Shown here piece by piece: positions 1 through 9,898 of a stretch of 64,000 nt of DNA (position 1 is the first letter of the stretch; the number at the start of each line of letters is the position of its first letter). This DNA is from an uncultured Paraprevotella sp. (GTDB lineage Bacteria > Bacteroidota > Bacteroidia > Bacteroidales > Bacteroidaceae). The notes beneath the pieces are model-generated. The model made no database searches. It was given only the letters and a program-made list of their open reading frames with translations, and was not told where the DNA came from. The translations under genes and the position numbers were made by a program. The stretch spans positions 305-64,304 of the forward strand of contig CAMWUI010000013.1 in assembly GCA_947177395.1 (NCBI GenBank), written 5' to 3'.

Positions 1-902
1 TCCAGATCAAATTCAGGCTTCCAGCCCCATTCCTCGCGGGCGCATGTGTCATCCAGTGAGTTAGGCCATGATTCGGCGATAGACTGACGCAACGGATCTA
101 CTTCGTACTCCATTTCGAATTCGGGAATGTACTTTTTGATGCTGGCGTAGATGATTTCGGGATCGAAGCTCATGGATGCGATGTTGAACGAATTGCGGTG
201 TACGAATTTCGATGGGTCGGCTTCCATAATTTCGATGGCGGCACGCAGGCCGTCAGGCATGTACATCATGTCCATAAACGTGTTGGCGGCAATGGGGCAT
301 TTGAACTTCTCACCTTTCACGGCCGAGTAGTAGATGTCTACGGCATAGTCCGTCGTGCCTCCTCCCGGAGGGGTAACGTAAGAGATGAGGCCGGGGAAGC
401 GCACTGAACGCGTGTCCACTCCGAAACGGATGTTGTAGTAGTCGCTCAGCAATTCGCCCGAAACTTTGGTTACACCGTACATTGTGCGCGGGTTCCGTAT
501 GGTGTCCTGCGGAGTCTTGTCCTTCGGAGTGTTGTTGCCGAATACGCCGATGGAGCTGGGGGTGAAGACAGCGCAGTGCATCGTGCGTGCCACTTCCAAT
601 ACGTTGAACAGACCGCCCATACCGATTTTCCATGCCAACTGAGGTTTGGCCTCGGCAACAGCCGACAGCAGGGCTGCCAGGTTGTATATGGTGTCGATGT
701 TATATTTGGAAACGGTTTCTGCAATCTGCTGCTCGTTGGTGATGTCTACGATGGCCGACGGACCGGACTCTTTCAATTCGCCTTTAGGTTCTGCACCAGG
801 GATATAGCCGGCTACGATGTTACCGGAGTACAAGCTTCTCAGTTTCATGGTCAGCTCAGAACCGATTTGTCCGGTGGAGCCGATAATCAATACGTTTTTC
901 AT
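1..902 (-). CDS. tdh: L-threonine 3-dehydrogenase (SDR/NAD-dependent epimerase type), 3' end runs off the window
   Basis: Hand translation from ATG at 902: MKNVLIIGSTGQIGSELTMKLRSLY (Rossmann GxxGxxG); YGVTK SDR motif near 465-480; divergent from kbl. Confidence 0.85.
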   Translation of the reverse strand, partial: MKNVLIIGSTGQIGSELTMKLRSLYSGNIVAGYIPGAEPKGELKESGPSAIVDITNEQQIAETVSKYNIDTIYNLAALLSAVAEAKPQLAWKIGMGGLFNVLEVARTMHCAVFTPSSIGVFGNNTPKDKTPQDTIRNPRTMYGVTKVSGELLSDYYNIRFGVDTRSVRFPGLISYVTPPGGGTTDYAVDIYYSAVKGEKFKCPIAANTFMDMMYMPDGLRAAIEIMEADPSKFVHRNSFNIASMSFDPEIIYASIKKYIPEFEMEYEVDPLRQSIAESWPNSLDDTCAREEWGWKPEFDL

Positions 903-1075
903 TTTAGCAAATTAAGTTTGGGTTAATTCATAGAACAAAGATAGATAGATTGCGGCGAATTTTATCAAAGTTTTCAGAATATTTTGCGTTGTTCTCAAAA
1001 AAAAATAAGACCTTTGTTCTGCATTAGGCGAATGTATACCCTTAAACTATTATTTAATATAAAAACCTTTTTATT

Positions 1076-2266
1076 ATGTACGGGAAGATGAAAGAGTTTC
1101 TTGCAGAAGAACTGGCCAATATCCAGTCTGCCGGGCTCTATAAAAACGAACGCATCATCACAACGCCGCAACGGGCGGAGATTAAGGTGAATGCAGGAGA
1201 GGACGTGTTGAACTTCTGTGCCAACAACTATCTGGGACTGGCCAATAACCAGCGCCTGATTGATGCGGCCAAGAAGGCGATGGATACGCACGGTTACGGT
1301 ATGTCGTCCGTCCGCTTCATTTGCGGAACACAGGATCTGCACAAGCAGTTGGAGGCAGCTATCTCGGATTACTTCAAGACAGAGGATACGATTCTTTATG
1401 CGGCATGTTTCGATGCCAACGGCGGATTGTTCGAGCCTCTCTTTACGGAGGAGGACGCTATCATTTCCGATTCGCTCAACCATGCTTCCATCATCGACGG
1501 TGTCCGTCTTTGTAAGGCCAAGCGTTACCGTTACGCCAATGCCGACATGGCCGACTTGGAGCGTTGCCTGCAGGAAGCACAGGCACAGCGTCACCGCATC
1601 ATTGCCACGGACGGTGTGTTCTCGATGGACGGCAATGTGGCTCCGATGGACAAGATCTGTGAACTGGCAGAGAAATATGATGCGCTGGTGATGGTCGATG
1701 AGTCGCACTCTGCCGGTGTGGTAGGTCCCACGGGACACGGTGTTGCCGAACAGTTTGATGTATATGGGCGCGTGGACATCTTTACCGGTACGCTGGGTAA
1801 GGCGTTCGGCGGTGCGATGGGCGGTTTCACTACCGGCCGCAAGGAGATTATCGACATGCTCCGTCAGCGTTCGCGTCCTTATCTGTTCTCCAACTCTGTG
1901 GCTCCGGCCATTGTGGGGGCCAGTCTGGAGATGCTGAACATTCTGAAGGAGAGCGATGCCCTGCATACCAAGCTGATGAACAATGTGACTTACTTCCGCG
2001 AAAAGATGCTGGCAGCCGGTTTCGACATCAAACCGACACAGAGCGCCATCTGTGCAGTTATGCTGTATGACGCCAAGTTGTCTCAGGACTTCGCCGCACG
2101 CATGCAGGAAGAAGGCATCTATGTGACAGGATTCTATTATCCGGTTGTGCCGAAAGGACAGGCCCGCATCCGTGTGCAGTTGTCCGCCGGTCACGAGACG
2201 GAACATCTGGACAAGGCCATTGCTGCCTTTATCAAGGTGGGCAAGGAACTGGGCGTTATCAAGTAA
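1076..2266 (+). CDS. kbl: 2-amino-3-ketobutyrate CoA ligase (glycine C-acetyltransferase)
   Basis: NFCANNYLGL, SSVRFICGT, DESH, TGTLGKAFGG PLP motifs, RPYLFSNS. Confidence 0.95.
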   Translation: MYGKMKEFLAEELANIQSAGLYKNERIITTPQRAEIKVNAGEDVLNFCANNYLGLANNQRLIDAAKKAMDTHGYGMSSVRFICGTQDLHKQLEAAISDYFKTEDTILYAACFDANGGLFEPLFTEEDAIISDSLNHASIIDGVRLCKAKRYRYANADMADLERCLQEAQAQRHRIIATDGVFSMDGNVAPMDKICELAEKYDALVMVDESHSAGVVGPTGHGVAEQFDVYGRVDIFTGTLGKAFGGAMGGFTTGRKEIIDMLRQRSRPYLFSNSVAPAIVGASLEMLNILKESDALHTKLMNNVTYFREKMLAAGFDIKPTQSAICAVMLYDAKLSQDFAARMQEEGIYVTGFYYPVVPKGQARIRVQLSAGHETEHLDKAIAAFIKVGKELGVIK

Positions 2267-2293
2267 TTGAAGCCCGGTTGATTTTTAGAACAG

Positions 2294-2338
2294 GCGAGGC
2301 TACGGCATAGCGGGTTATGTCGTGGCCTCGCTCTTTTT
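2294..2338 (+). terminator. Intrinsic terminator after kbl
   Basis: gcgaggctacggcatag...ttatgtcgtggcctcgc stem followed by tcttttt. Confidence 0.7.
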
Positions 2339-2359
2339 CATCCTGTAGGAGAGTGCATT

Positions 2360-2497
2360 TTCATCTTGTACTGAATGACCCTTTCATCCAGTACTGAATC
2401 ACACCTTCATTCAGTAGTGAATGAGTCCTTAATCCAGTACTGAATGAACCCCTTATTCAGTACTGAATTGTACCCTCATACAGTACTGGATGAGACC
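2360..2497. repeat. Tandem array of 6 degenerate palindromic units, 23-bp period, core TCATTCAGTACTGAATGA
   Basis: GTAC/GTAG centres at 2368, 2391, 2414, 2437, 2460, 2483. Confidence 0.9.
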
Positions 2498-2724
2498 CTG
2501 AAAAAAACAGTTTCAAATCTTCGACACTCTTCGGCACTTTTCGACATATTCCATCGGATGGATGCCGTATCTTGTAAACGATCCATACACCGAACCGGAC
2601 AGAACGGCGAAAGATATATCTATCTCATCACATCGTTCTGCCCGGTTTATTTTTTAGGGTATCCGGCCGTGAAAGCGTGGCCGTTCTCTTCTTTTACGGG
2701 AATCTCCCGGGAAAGATCGGGGGA

Positions 2725-4764
2725 TTATCCTACTTCCGATCCGGGAGCTACTTTCCGATCTACTGTCACGACGCTCAGGGAACCGTCCGCGTTTACGGCG
2801 GAGAGAATCATGCCCTGGCTTTCGATGCCTTTCAGTTTGCGCGGCGCCAGGTTGGCGATGAAGCACACCTGTTTGCCGACCAGTTCTTCCGGTTTGTAGT
2901 ATTTGGCGATGCCGCTGACGATGGTGCGGTTCTCCAGTCCGTCGGCAATCTTGAAGCAAAGGAGTTTGTCGGCCTTGGGCACCTTGGTGCATTCCAGAAC
3001 GGTGCCGACCCGTATGTCCAGTTTGCCGAAATCCTCGAACGCGATGTTCTCGCGGATGGGATTCGCCTTGTGGTTGGCTGCTTCGTTGGCTTTCTTGGTA
3101 TCGAGCAGTTTCTGTACTTGTGCCTCGATGACGTCATCTTCGATTTTCTCGAACAGCAGTTCTGGTTTGGGCAGTTTGTGTCCGGCCTCCAGCAGATCGG
3201 TGCGTCCCAGCTGTTCCCATTCGAAGCTGTCCATGGCCAGCATGCCGCGCAGGCGTTCGCTGCTGAACGGGAGGAACGGTTCGAAGGCGATGGCCAGGTT
3301 GGCCGTCAGTTGCAGCGACAGATAGATGATAGTCTTCACACGTTCCGGATCCGTCTTCACCACTTTCCAAGGTTCGCAGTCGGCAATGTACTTGTTGCCG
3401 ATGCGTGCCAGATTCATCGCTTCTTTCTGTGCATCGCGGAACTTGAATACATCGAGCAGTTCTTCCACACGCTTTTTCACGTCCTTGAACTCGTTCAGGG
3501 TCTCGCGGTCGTAGTCGGTGAGTTCACCGCAGGCCGGCACCACTCCGTCGTAATACTTCTGGGTCAGTTGTAAGGCGCGGTTGACGAAATTGCCGTATAC
3601 GGCCACCAGTTCGTTGTTGTTGCGGGCCTGGAAGTCCTTCCATGTAAAATCGTTGTCTTTTGTCTCCGGTGCGTTCGCCGTCAGGACATAGCGCAACACA
3701 TCCTGTTTGCCGGGGAAATCGCGCAGGTATTCATGCAACCATACGGCCCAGTTGCGCGAAGTGGAAATTTTGTCTCCTTCTAAGTTGAGGAATTCGTTGC
3801 TCGGTACGTTGTCCGGCAGGATGTAGCTACCTTCGGCTTTCAGCATGGCGGGGAACACGATGCAGTGGAACACGATATTGTCTTTGCCGATGAAATGTAC
3901 CAGCCGGGTTTCCGGGTCTTTCCACCAAGTCTCCCACGAGTCTGGCAATAGTTCCTTGGTGTTGCTGATATAGCCGATGGGTGCATCGAACCATACGTAC
4001 AGAACCTTGCCTTCCGCGCCTTCCACAGGAACGGGAATGCCCCAGTCGAGGTCGCGGCTTACGGCGCGCGGCTGCAGGCCCATGTCGAGCCAACTCTTGC
4101 ATTGCCCGTATACGTTGTGGCGCCATTCCTTATGCCCCTCCAGTATCCATTCGCGGAGCCATGCCTCGTGTTTGTCTAAAGGCAGATACCAATGTTTGGT
4201 TTCACGCATCACAGGTTTGGAACCGCTGATGGCGCTTTTCGGATTGATAAGTTCGGTGGGGGACAGCGACGTGCCGCATTTCTCGCATTGGTCACCATAA
4301 GCACCTTCCGCATGGCAGTGGGGACATTCGCCCGTGATATACCGGTCGGCCAAAAACGTCTGGGCCTCTTCGTCGTAATACTGTTCGGAAGTCTTTTCTA
4401 CGAACTCTCCCTTGTCATAGAGCGTGCGGAAGAAGTCCGAGGCAACCCGGTGGTGGGTCTCCGATGTCGTGCGGCTGTAGATGTCGAACGAGATGCCGAA
4501 CTCCTTGAAAGAGTCCTTGATAAGCGTATGGTAGCGGTCGACGATATCCTGCGGGGTAACGCCTTCTTTTTTGGCCCGGATAGTAATGGGCACTCCGTGC
4601 TCGTCCGAACCTCCGATAAACAGGACCTCTTCTTTTTTCAGCCGCAGATAGCGCACATAGATGTCGGCCGGTACATATACACCGGCCAGATGGCCGATGT
4701 GAACCGGACCGTTGGCATACGGCAGGGCGGACGTGACGGTTGTCCGTTTGAATTTCTTTTCCAT
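2725..4764 (-). CDS. metG: Methionyl-tRNA synthetase with C-terminal tRNA-binding domain
   Basis: [13 protein letters not shown] (HIGH), zinc knuckle CPHC..CEKC, KISTS (KMSKS-like), Trbp111-like tail; start placed at MEKKFK, downstream of a TAACTTTG box at 4801-4808. Confidence 0.97.
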   Translation of the reverse strand: MEKKFKRTTVTSALPYANGPVHIGHLAGVYVPADIYVRYLRLKKEEVLFIGGSDEHGVPITIRAKKEGVTPQDIVDRYHTLIKDSFKEFGISFDIYSRTTSETHHRVASDFFRTLYDKGEFVEKTSEQYYDEEAQTFLADRYITGECPHCHAEGAYGDQCEKCGTSLSPTELINPKSAISGSKPVMRETKHWYLPLDKHEAWLREWILEGHKEWRHNVYGQCKSWLDMGLQPRAVSRDLDWGIPVPVEGAEGKVLYVWFDAPIGYISNTKELLPDSWETWWKDPETRLVHFIGKDNIVFHCIVFPAMLKAEGSYILPDNVPSNEFLNLEGDKISTSRNWAVWLHEYLRDFPGKQDVLRYVLTANAPETKDNDFTWKDFQARNNNELVAVYGNFVNRALQLTQKYYDGVVPACGELTDYDRETLNEFKDVKKRVEELLDVFKFRDAQKEAMNLARIGNKYIADCEPWKVVKTDPERVKTIIYLSLQLTANLAIAFEPFLPFSSERLRGMLAMDSFEWEQLGRTDLLEAGHKLPKPELLFEKIEDDVIEAQVQKLLDTKKANEAANHKANPIRENIAFEDFGKLDIRVGTVLECTKVPKADKLLCFKIADGLENRTIVSGIAKYYKPEELVGKQVCFIANLAPRKLKGIESQGMILSAVNADGSLSVVTVDRKVAPGSEVG

Positions 4765-4974
4765 GTATGTAGTTTTTATATTTGAGACATAAATGACTGA
4801 CAAAGTTAGTAAAAAGCGGAAATGTGCCCAAGAACGGACGGCGGATTTTGCATTTGGCGGCCAAAAAGGTTATATATTGAAGGCATTCCTGAAAATAAAG
4901 GCTTTTCTGCGGGGTGTTTGATGATAATTCGTTACTTTTGCAGGGTGTGAAACGGAACAGAAAACAAGAGACGT

Positions 4975-6102
4975 ATGAGAATAGGTTTTGATGCGAAGAG
5001 AGCGGCCCAGAACCGGACGGGGCTGGGAAATTACAGTCGTTTTGTCATAAACGGACTGACCCGGTTCGCTTCCGGGAACGAGTATGTGCTCTATGTACCG
5101 TCTCCGAAGAAATGTGGCCTTTTGAAAGAACTGGATAACCAGAATTTGCCGAAGGTCTTCCCCGAAGGCCGTTTCTGGAAACTGTTCCGGTCTTTTTGGC
5201 GTGTGTTCGGTATTCCATCCCGGTTATCGTCCGACGGTATAGATATTTACCACGGGCTGAGCAACGAACTTCCGCTAACGATGTCGCGAACGGGAGATGT
5301 GAGGAGCGTTGTGACGGTACACGACCTGATATTCCTGCGTTATCCTCAGTATTATAATCCGATAGACCGGTGGATTTATAATTATAAGTTCCGTAAGGCC
5401 TGTGGGATAGCCGACCGCATCATAGCCGTGAGCGAATGTACGAAACGGGATATCGTTTCGTATTATGGTATTGATGCGGATAAGATAGATGTGGTTTACC
5501 AAGGCTGTGCCCGGGAATTTTACGAGCCTGCGACGGATGAGAAGAAACAGGCAGTGAAAGAACAGTACGGACTGCCCGAACGCTATGTCCTTTATGTGGG
5601 GAGCATGGAAGAGCGGAAAAACCTGCTTCTGGCTGTCAAGGCGTTGAAGCGGATGAAGGAGGAAGTGGCTCTCGTGGCGGTGGGCAAGCGTACGCCTTAT
5701 CTGGAAGAAGTGCTGAAGTTCGCGCGTGAACAGAAACTGGAACACCGTTTTAGCCTGTTTCACCGGGTGCCTTTCGAAGACCTGCCGGCATTGTATCAGA
5801 TGGCATCCGCTTTTGTCTATCCGTCCCGTTTCGAGGGGTTCGGAATACCGGTGCTGGAGGCATTGGTGAGCCGTGTGCCTGTGGTTGCCGCTACGGGGTC
5901 GTGTCTGGAAGAGGCAGGAGGTCCCCATTCGTTGTATGTGCATCCCGACGATGACCGTCAGTTGGCATTGTTGCTGGATAAAGTGCTGACGGATGCCGCG
6001 TTCCGGAGTCGCATGGTGGAGGAGGGACTTCGGTACGCCCGCCGTTTTGACGCAGAAAGACTGACGGCTGACTTATGTGAGGTGTATCTTAAAATCAGGT
6101 AG
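4975..6102 (+). CDS. Glycosyltransferase family 4
   Basis: TVHDLIFLRYP, FVYPSRFEGFGIPVLEA (EX7E motif). Confidence 0.9.
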   Translation: MRIGFDAKRAAQNRTGLGNYSRFVINGLTRFASGNEYVLYVPSPKKCGLLKELDNQNLPKVFPEGRFWKLFRSFWRVFGIPSRLSSDGIDIYHGLSNELPLTMSRTGDVRSVVTVHDLIFLRYPQYYNPIDRWIYNYKFRKACGIADRIIAVSECTKRDIVSYYGIDADKIDVVYQGCAREFYEPATDEKKQAVKEQYGLPERYVLYVGSMEERKNLLLAVKALKRMKEEVALVAVGKRTPYLEEVLKFAREQKLEHRFSLFHRVPFEDLPALYQMASAFVYPSRFEGFGIPVLEALVSRVPVVAATGSCLEEAGGPHSLYVHPDDDRQLALLLDKVLTDAAFRSRMVEEGLRYARRFDAERLTADLCEVYLKIR

Positions 6103-7152
6103 TTCGTCCAGCATGTCTTTTACTCCGTTCCAGACGTCCTCCACAGGAATCAGATTGAATCGTTCCGTGTAGTTCAGTTTCCGTTCCTGTTGTTCCCGGT
6201 ATGGCATGAAGTCGTCCGGACTGATGCCAGCATAACGGGTCTGGTCTCCGGGAAGCCATACGGACTTCCAGATGCCTGGAGGGAAGATGGCGTATGAGGG
6301 AACACCTAAGGCCTGGGCGATGTGGCGTGGTCCTCCTTCGTTGCCGAAAAAGAAGTGGCAGTGGGTGAGTAGCGCGCAGAGTTCCGGCAGGCTTTTGGCC
6401 TCTACGTTCATGAAAATGTGAGGGTCGTTGTTCATCTCCTGTTTGTATTGTTCTGCCATTTCCCGCTCTTTTCCGGCGAAGTTGAAGATAATCTGCGCGT
6501 CATAGCGGTCGATGATTCGCCGCAATACTTCTTTCATCTTTTCTTTGTCCCACACCTTGTACGTAAGGCGGGCCGTGACCGTGGCCATCAGGACCGGACG
6601 CCGGAAGTCGATGCCTTGTTGCTCCATATAGCGGCGGTAGTCCGCGCGCTGTTTTTCGGAGACATACAGTCTGAACTCTTCCGTGTACTTCAGGGGGGCG
6701 AGGACAGACAACGGTTTCATCAACTGCAGATTCTGCCGTACCATATCTATCGTATTGTCGCTGTGGTTGTCTATCCTGTGTGTCAGGATGCCCTGTCCGT
6801 ATGCTTTCCTGCTGCCGATACGGAAAGGTGTTCGCAGGGAGAAGAGGCTGAAGAACAGGGTTCGCACAGTGGTACGCATGTCGATGATGATGTCGTAACG
6901 GGTTTGGCGGACCGTCTGCCATACCTTTTTGATATAGGTGGGAAAATGATGGTTCTCCCGGTCGTTGAAGGTGATGAGGCGGTCGATATCCGGATGTTGT
7001 TCATACAAGGTGTGTATGCCCTCGTTGATGACAAAATCGATTTGTGCGCCGGGGAAAGTCCGGCGCAGACTGCTACACAATGCCGTGGCGAGAACGGAAT
7101 CTCCCACGCGGCGGAAACGGATGACAAGAATATGTCTGACGGGTTTGTTCAT
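6073..7152 (-). CDS. Glycosyltransferase family 9 (heptosyltransferase-like)
   Basis: ILVIRFRRVGDSVL N-terminus, GNEGGPRHIAQALGVP. Confidence 0.85.
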   Translation of the reverse strand: MNKPVRHILVIRFRRVGDSVLATALCSSLRRTFPGAQIDFVINEGIHTLYEQHPDIDRLITFNDRENHHFPTYIKKVWQTVRQTRYDIIIDMRTTVRTLFFSLFSLRTPFRIGSRKAYGQGILTHRIDNHSDNTIDMVRQNLQLMKPLSVLAPLKYTEEFRLYVSEKQRADYRRYMEQQGIDFRRPVLMATVTARLTYKVWDKEKMKEVLRRIIDRYDAQIIFNFAGKEREMAEQYKQEMNNDPHIFMNVEAKSLPELCALLTHCHFFFGNEGGPRHIAQALGVPSYAIFPPGIWKSVWLPGDQTRYAGISPDDFMPYREQQERKLNYTERFNLIPVEDVWNGVKDMLDELPDFKIHLT

Positions 7153-8087
7153 GATTGAGGTGTAGGTTGATTAGTGCCTTTTTGTGTGCGGAGCAACCAC
7201 TCTGCCTTGGTGCGTTTCCAGCGTTTATGGCTCCAGAGCCAGTAGGCGGGTTGTTCGTTTATCATTTGTTCCAGCATACGGGTGAACAAGGTGGTCTGCG
7301 GGAAATCTTCTGTCTTCTGTTCCGGGGTGTGCATACGGGTGAAAGTACATACATATCGTCCCCGCCGGGGTCTGCTGATATGGGCGAAAAAGAATGCGGC
7401 ATCCATCTGCCGGCCGATTTGTTCCGTACCCGTGAAAACGGGAGTGTCGGGATGATTCAGGAATGGCAGGAAGAAGTGCATGCTGTTCCAATTGGGCAAC
7501 TGGTCGGAGATAAATCCGACAATGGTCCTCTGTCGTTTCTGTTTTAGTTGTATGATGCGGCGCAGTGTCAGTTTCATGGGGATGCACAGGCCGCCGAATC
7601 GGTTTCTCAGCCGCAGGAACAGGCGGTCGAACACCGGACTCCAAAGCGGGTGATATATCTGTGCGCACAGAATGTCCGGTGGCAGGGCGTAGGGTAGGGA
7701 GGCTATCCATTCCCAGTTGCCGTAGTGTCCCAGGTAAATGAAGCAGAAGTTCTTGTTTTCCTCTTCAAACGCTTTTGTGAACAGTTCGGTACCCTCGAAT
7801 CTCATGCGTCTGCGAAGCGTCCTTCGGGACATGGAGAACAATTTGACGGTTTCCACGATATAGTCGCAGAAAAAACGATAGAAATTCCGTTCTATGATTC
7901 GGAGTTCTTTGTCTGTCTTGTCGGGAAAAGATTCTTTCAGGTTCGTGCGTATGACGTTTCGCCGGTAGTGGACAATGTAGTGGACGATAGGGCAGAGGAG
8001 ATCGGAAATCCTGTATAGAATCCATAAAGGAAGGAGGGATAGCAGATACCACACTCCGAACATCAGATGGTAGCGTATTTCTTTCAT
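7149..8087 (-). CDS. Lipid A late acyltransferase (LpxL/HtrB family)
   Basis: GHYGNWEW, ISDQ, P.YWLWSHKRWK motifs; start at MKEIRYH overlaps the upstream stop. Confidence 0.88.
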   Translation of the reverse strand: MKEIRYHLMFGVWYLLSLLPLWILYRISDLLCPIVHYIVHYRRNVIRTNLKESFPDKTDKELRIIERNFYRFFCDYIVETVKLFSMSRRTLRRRMRFEGTELFTKAFEEENKNFCFIYLGHYGNWEWIASLPYALPPDILCAQIYHPLWSPVFDRLFLRLRNRFGGLCIPMKLTLRRIIQLKQKRQRTIVGFISDQLPNWNSMHFFLPFLNHPDTPVFTGTEQIGRQMDAAFFFAHISRPRRGRYVCTFTRMHTPEQKTEDFPQTTLFTRMLEQMINEQPAYWLWSHKRWKRTKAEWLLRTQKGTNQPTPQS

Positions 8088-8830
8088 AGGCGGATAGTAT
8101 GTTTCAGTTTCCTCTTTTTTTCGCGTCGCTGTTCGAATGCGTGTAGTTTGGTCTCCACGCTGTCGCAGCATTGCTGCGGTTCCCACCCTCTTTGTCGGGC
8201 ATAGTGTTCCGTCAGTTGTCGTAATAGGTCAATACGGTGGGTCAGTCGCATCAGGTTGGTGAGACATTGGTCTTTGGAGGGTTGCGGTACGAAGTGTGAA
8301 CGATTGATATCGATAACCGTAAAAGCATATTGTCCGCCGGGAGAGATGCGGTATAATATGTTGGCCAGATTCAGGTCGCCGTGGAGAAAGCCTTTTTTGT
8401 GCCATTCCACCACCTCGGCGGCTAAAGCGTGCGCTAAACCGGAATCGAAGACGGGCTTCTCTACCAGTTCCGGAAACAGGGTAGGATCCGGGCAATAGGC
8501 TGAGACGAAATAACTGTCGCGGAACAGTCCGCCCTGTTTCTTCTCTATGTAGGCGATGGGGGTGGGGGTGGATATTTGCATTTCTTCCAGCCGGAGGGCA
8601 AAGTTATAGGCCCGGCGGGCTTTGGATGGTCGGAACCATGTATATGCGATTCTTTGTATGAAGTGCGGACGTTTGTAGCGTTTTACGATGAAGACCTGAC
8701 CGTTTTCAATGAACCGCTTCACGCAGTTGCGTCCTTGGTACAGGGTTTCTCCCTGCTGTTCGAATGTCAGAGGCAACCGGGTGATAAAGTCGCGCAGATG
8801 TTCGTATGAAGGCTGGATGACGATTCTCAT
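8084..8830 (-). CDS. Lipopolysaccharide kinase (Kdo kinase/WaaP/InaA family)
   Basis: VKRYK, SKARRAY, HGDLNLANIL, IDINR kinase motifs within an LPS operon. Confidence 0.82.
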   Translation of the reverse strand: MRIVIQPSYEHLRDFITRLPLTFEQQGETLYQGRNCVKRFIENGQVFIVKRYKRPHFIQRIAYTWFRPSKARRAYNFALRLEEMQISTPTPIAYIEKKQGGLFRDSYFVSAYCPDPTLFPELVEKPVFDSGLAHALAAEVVEWHKKGFLHGDLNLANILYRISPGGQYAFTVIDINRSHFVPQPSKDQCLTNLMRLTHRIDLLRQLTEHYARQRGWEPQQCCDSVETKLHAFEQRREKKRKLKHTIRL

Positions 8831-9873
8831 GGGGCGGGTCTGAAGTGGGCTATGTGGTTTAGTTTGTCCAAGATTTCTTCCGTTTTGATTCGGTGGAGGC
8901 AGGCATAATCTTTTCTAAAGCAGGGACGGTTACCGAAAATGGAGCAAGGTCGGCAGGGCAGTTCCGCTTGCAGTTGGTTTTCCGCCGGCTGGTTCCATCC
9001 TGCGAAACCGGCATAGGGGTGAGTGGCTCCCCAGATGGAGACCACAGGTGTGGCGACAAGGGAAGCCAGATGCATGTTGGCCGAATCCATGGACAGCATG
9101 ACATCCAGGTGGCTGATAAGGATAAGTTCCTTGTCGAGTGTCAGGCGTTTGTCCGGGACGGCTGTGGTATGGGGATAGCGTTGATGCCAGTCATGCAGAA
9201 GTTGTTGTTCCGATCCGTCCGCGCCAAACAGAAATATGTGTATGGCAGGATATTCTGACAACCGGGCGATAATCCTTTCCATCTGTTCCAAAGGATATAT
9301 TTTCCCTTTGTGGGCGGCAAAAGGTGCGATACCTATCCAAATAGCGTCATCTTTCTTCTCTGTAAATGGCAACAGGGATAAATCTCCCCTCCCGTCTCCG
9401 AACAGAGAGCGGAAATCTGTTTCTACCGGATAGCCGGATGCGGCCAGAACGTCCGTATACTTCCGGAAAGATGTTTTTTGCGGAACAAGTTTCTTGTTCT
9501 TCCTTCTCGTCAGTTGTTTCCGTCCGTTCCGCTCCTTGCGGATATGTGCCGTAGGAATGCCCTTCATACGGAAGCGAAAGCGCAGGTATTGTGTGCGGAG
9601 CACATCGTGCAGGTCCGCGACAGCCGTAATCTGTTCTTCACATATCCGGCGGAAGAGTCTGTTCAGCCCTTTCAGTCCTGCATATTCCTTTTTTAGGTTT
9701 ACCCCGATGAAATGTACATTGGAGGGCAAGCGGGAAAACAGAGGTTGCATAAAATCCTTGCTCAGCACGGTAATGCGGAGCTCCGGATATTGCCGTGCCA
9801 GAGAATAGACCACCGGGACGGTCATGGCAACATCGCCCAAGGCGGAGAAACGGATAATCAACAAATGTTCCAT
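8827..9873 (-). CDS. Glycosyltransferase family 9 (RfaF/RfaQ-like)
   Basis: LIIRFSALGDVAMT, SMDSANMHLASL, CRPCSIFG. Confidence 0.88.
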   Translation of the reverse strand: MEHLLIIRFSALGDVAMTVPVVYSLARQYPELRITVLSKDFMQPLFSRLPSNVHFIGVNLKKEYAGLKGLNRLFRRICEEQITAVADLHDVLRTQYLRFRFRMKGIPTAHIRKERNGRKQLTRRKNKKLVPQKTSFRKYTDVLAASGYPVETDFRSLFGDGRGDLSLLPFTEKKDDAIWIGIAPFAAHKGKIYPLEQMERIIARLSEYPAIHIFLFGADGSEQQLLHDWHQRYPHTTAVPDKRLTLDKELILISHLDVMLSMDSANMHLASLVATPVVSIWGATHPYAGFAGWNQPAENQLQAELPCRPCSIFGNRPCFRKDYACLHRIKTEEILDKLNHIAHFRPAP

Positions 9874-9898
9874 AACGTTCGTTGGTTCCGTCCGGCTT

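Noticed and set aside
995-2206. 403-aa antisense ORF over kbl, and similar long shadow ORFs (2677-3573, 37128-38153, 42062-43558)
   Set aside because: Antisense shadows of codon-biased genes with no recognisable motifs
2360-2497. CRISPR array interpretation of the 23-bp arrays (also 34883-35040)
   Set aside because: Linkers are only 5-8 nt, repeats are degenerate, and there are no cas genes in the window
2444-2899. 151-aa + strand ORF across the repeat and the metG 3' end
   Set aside because: Starts within the repeat array, overlaps metG antisense, no motifs
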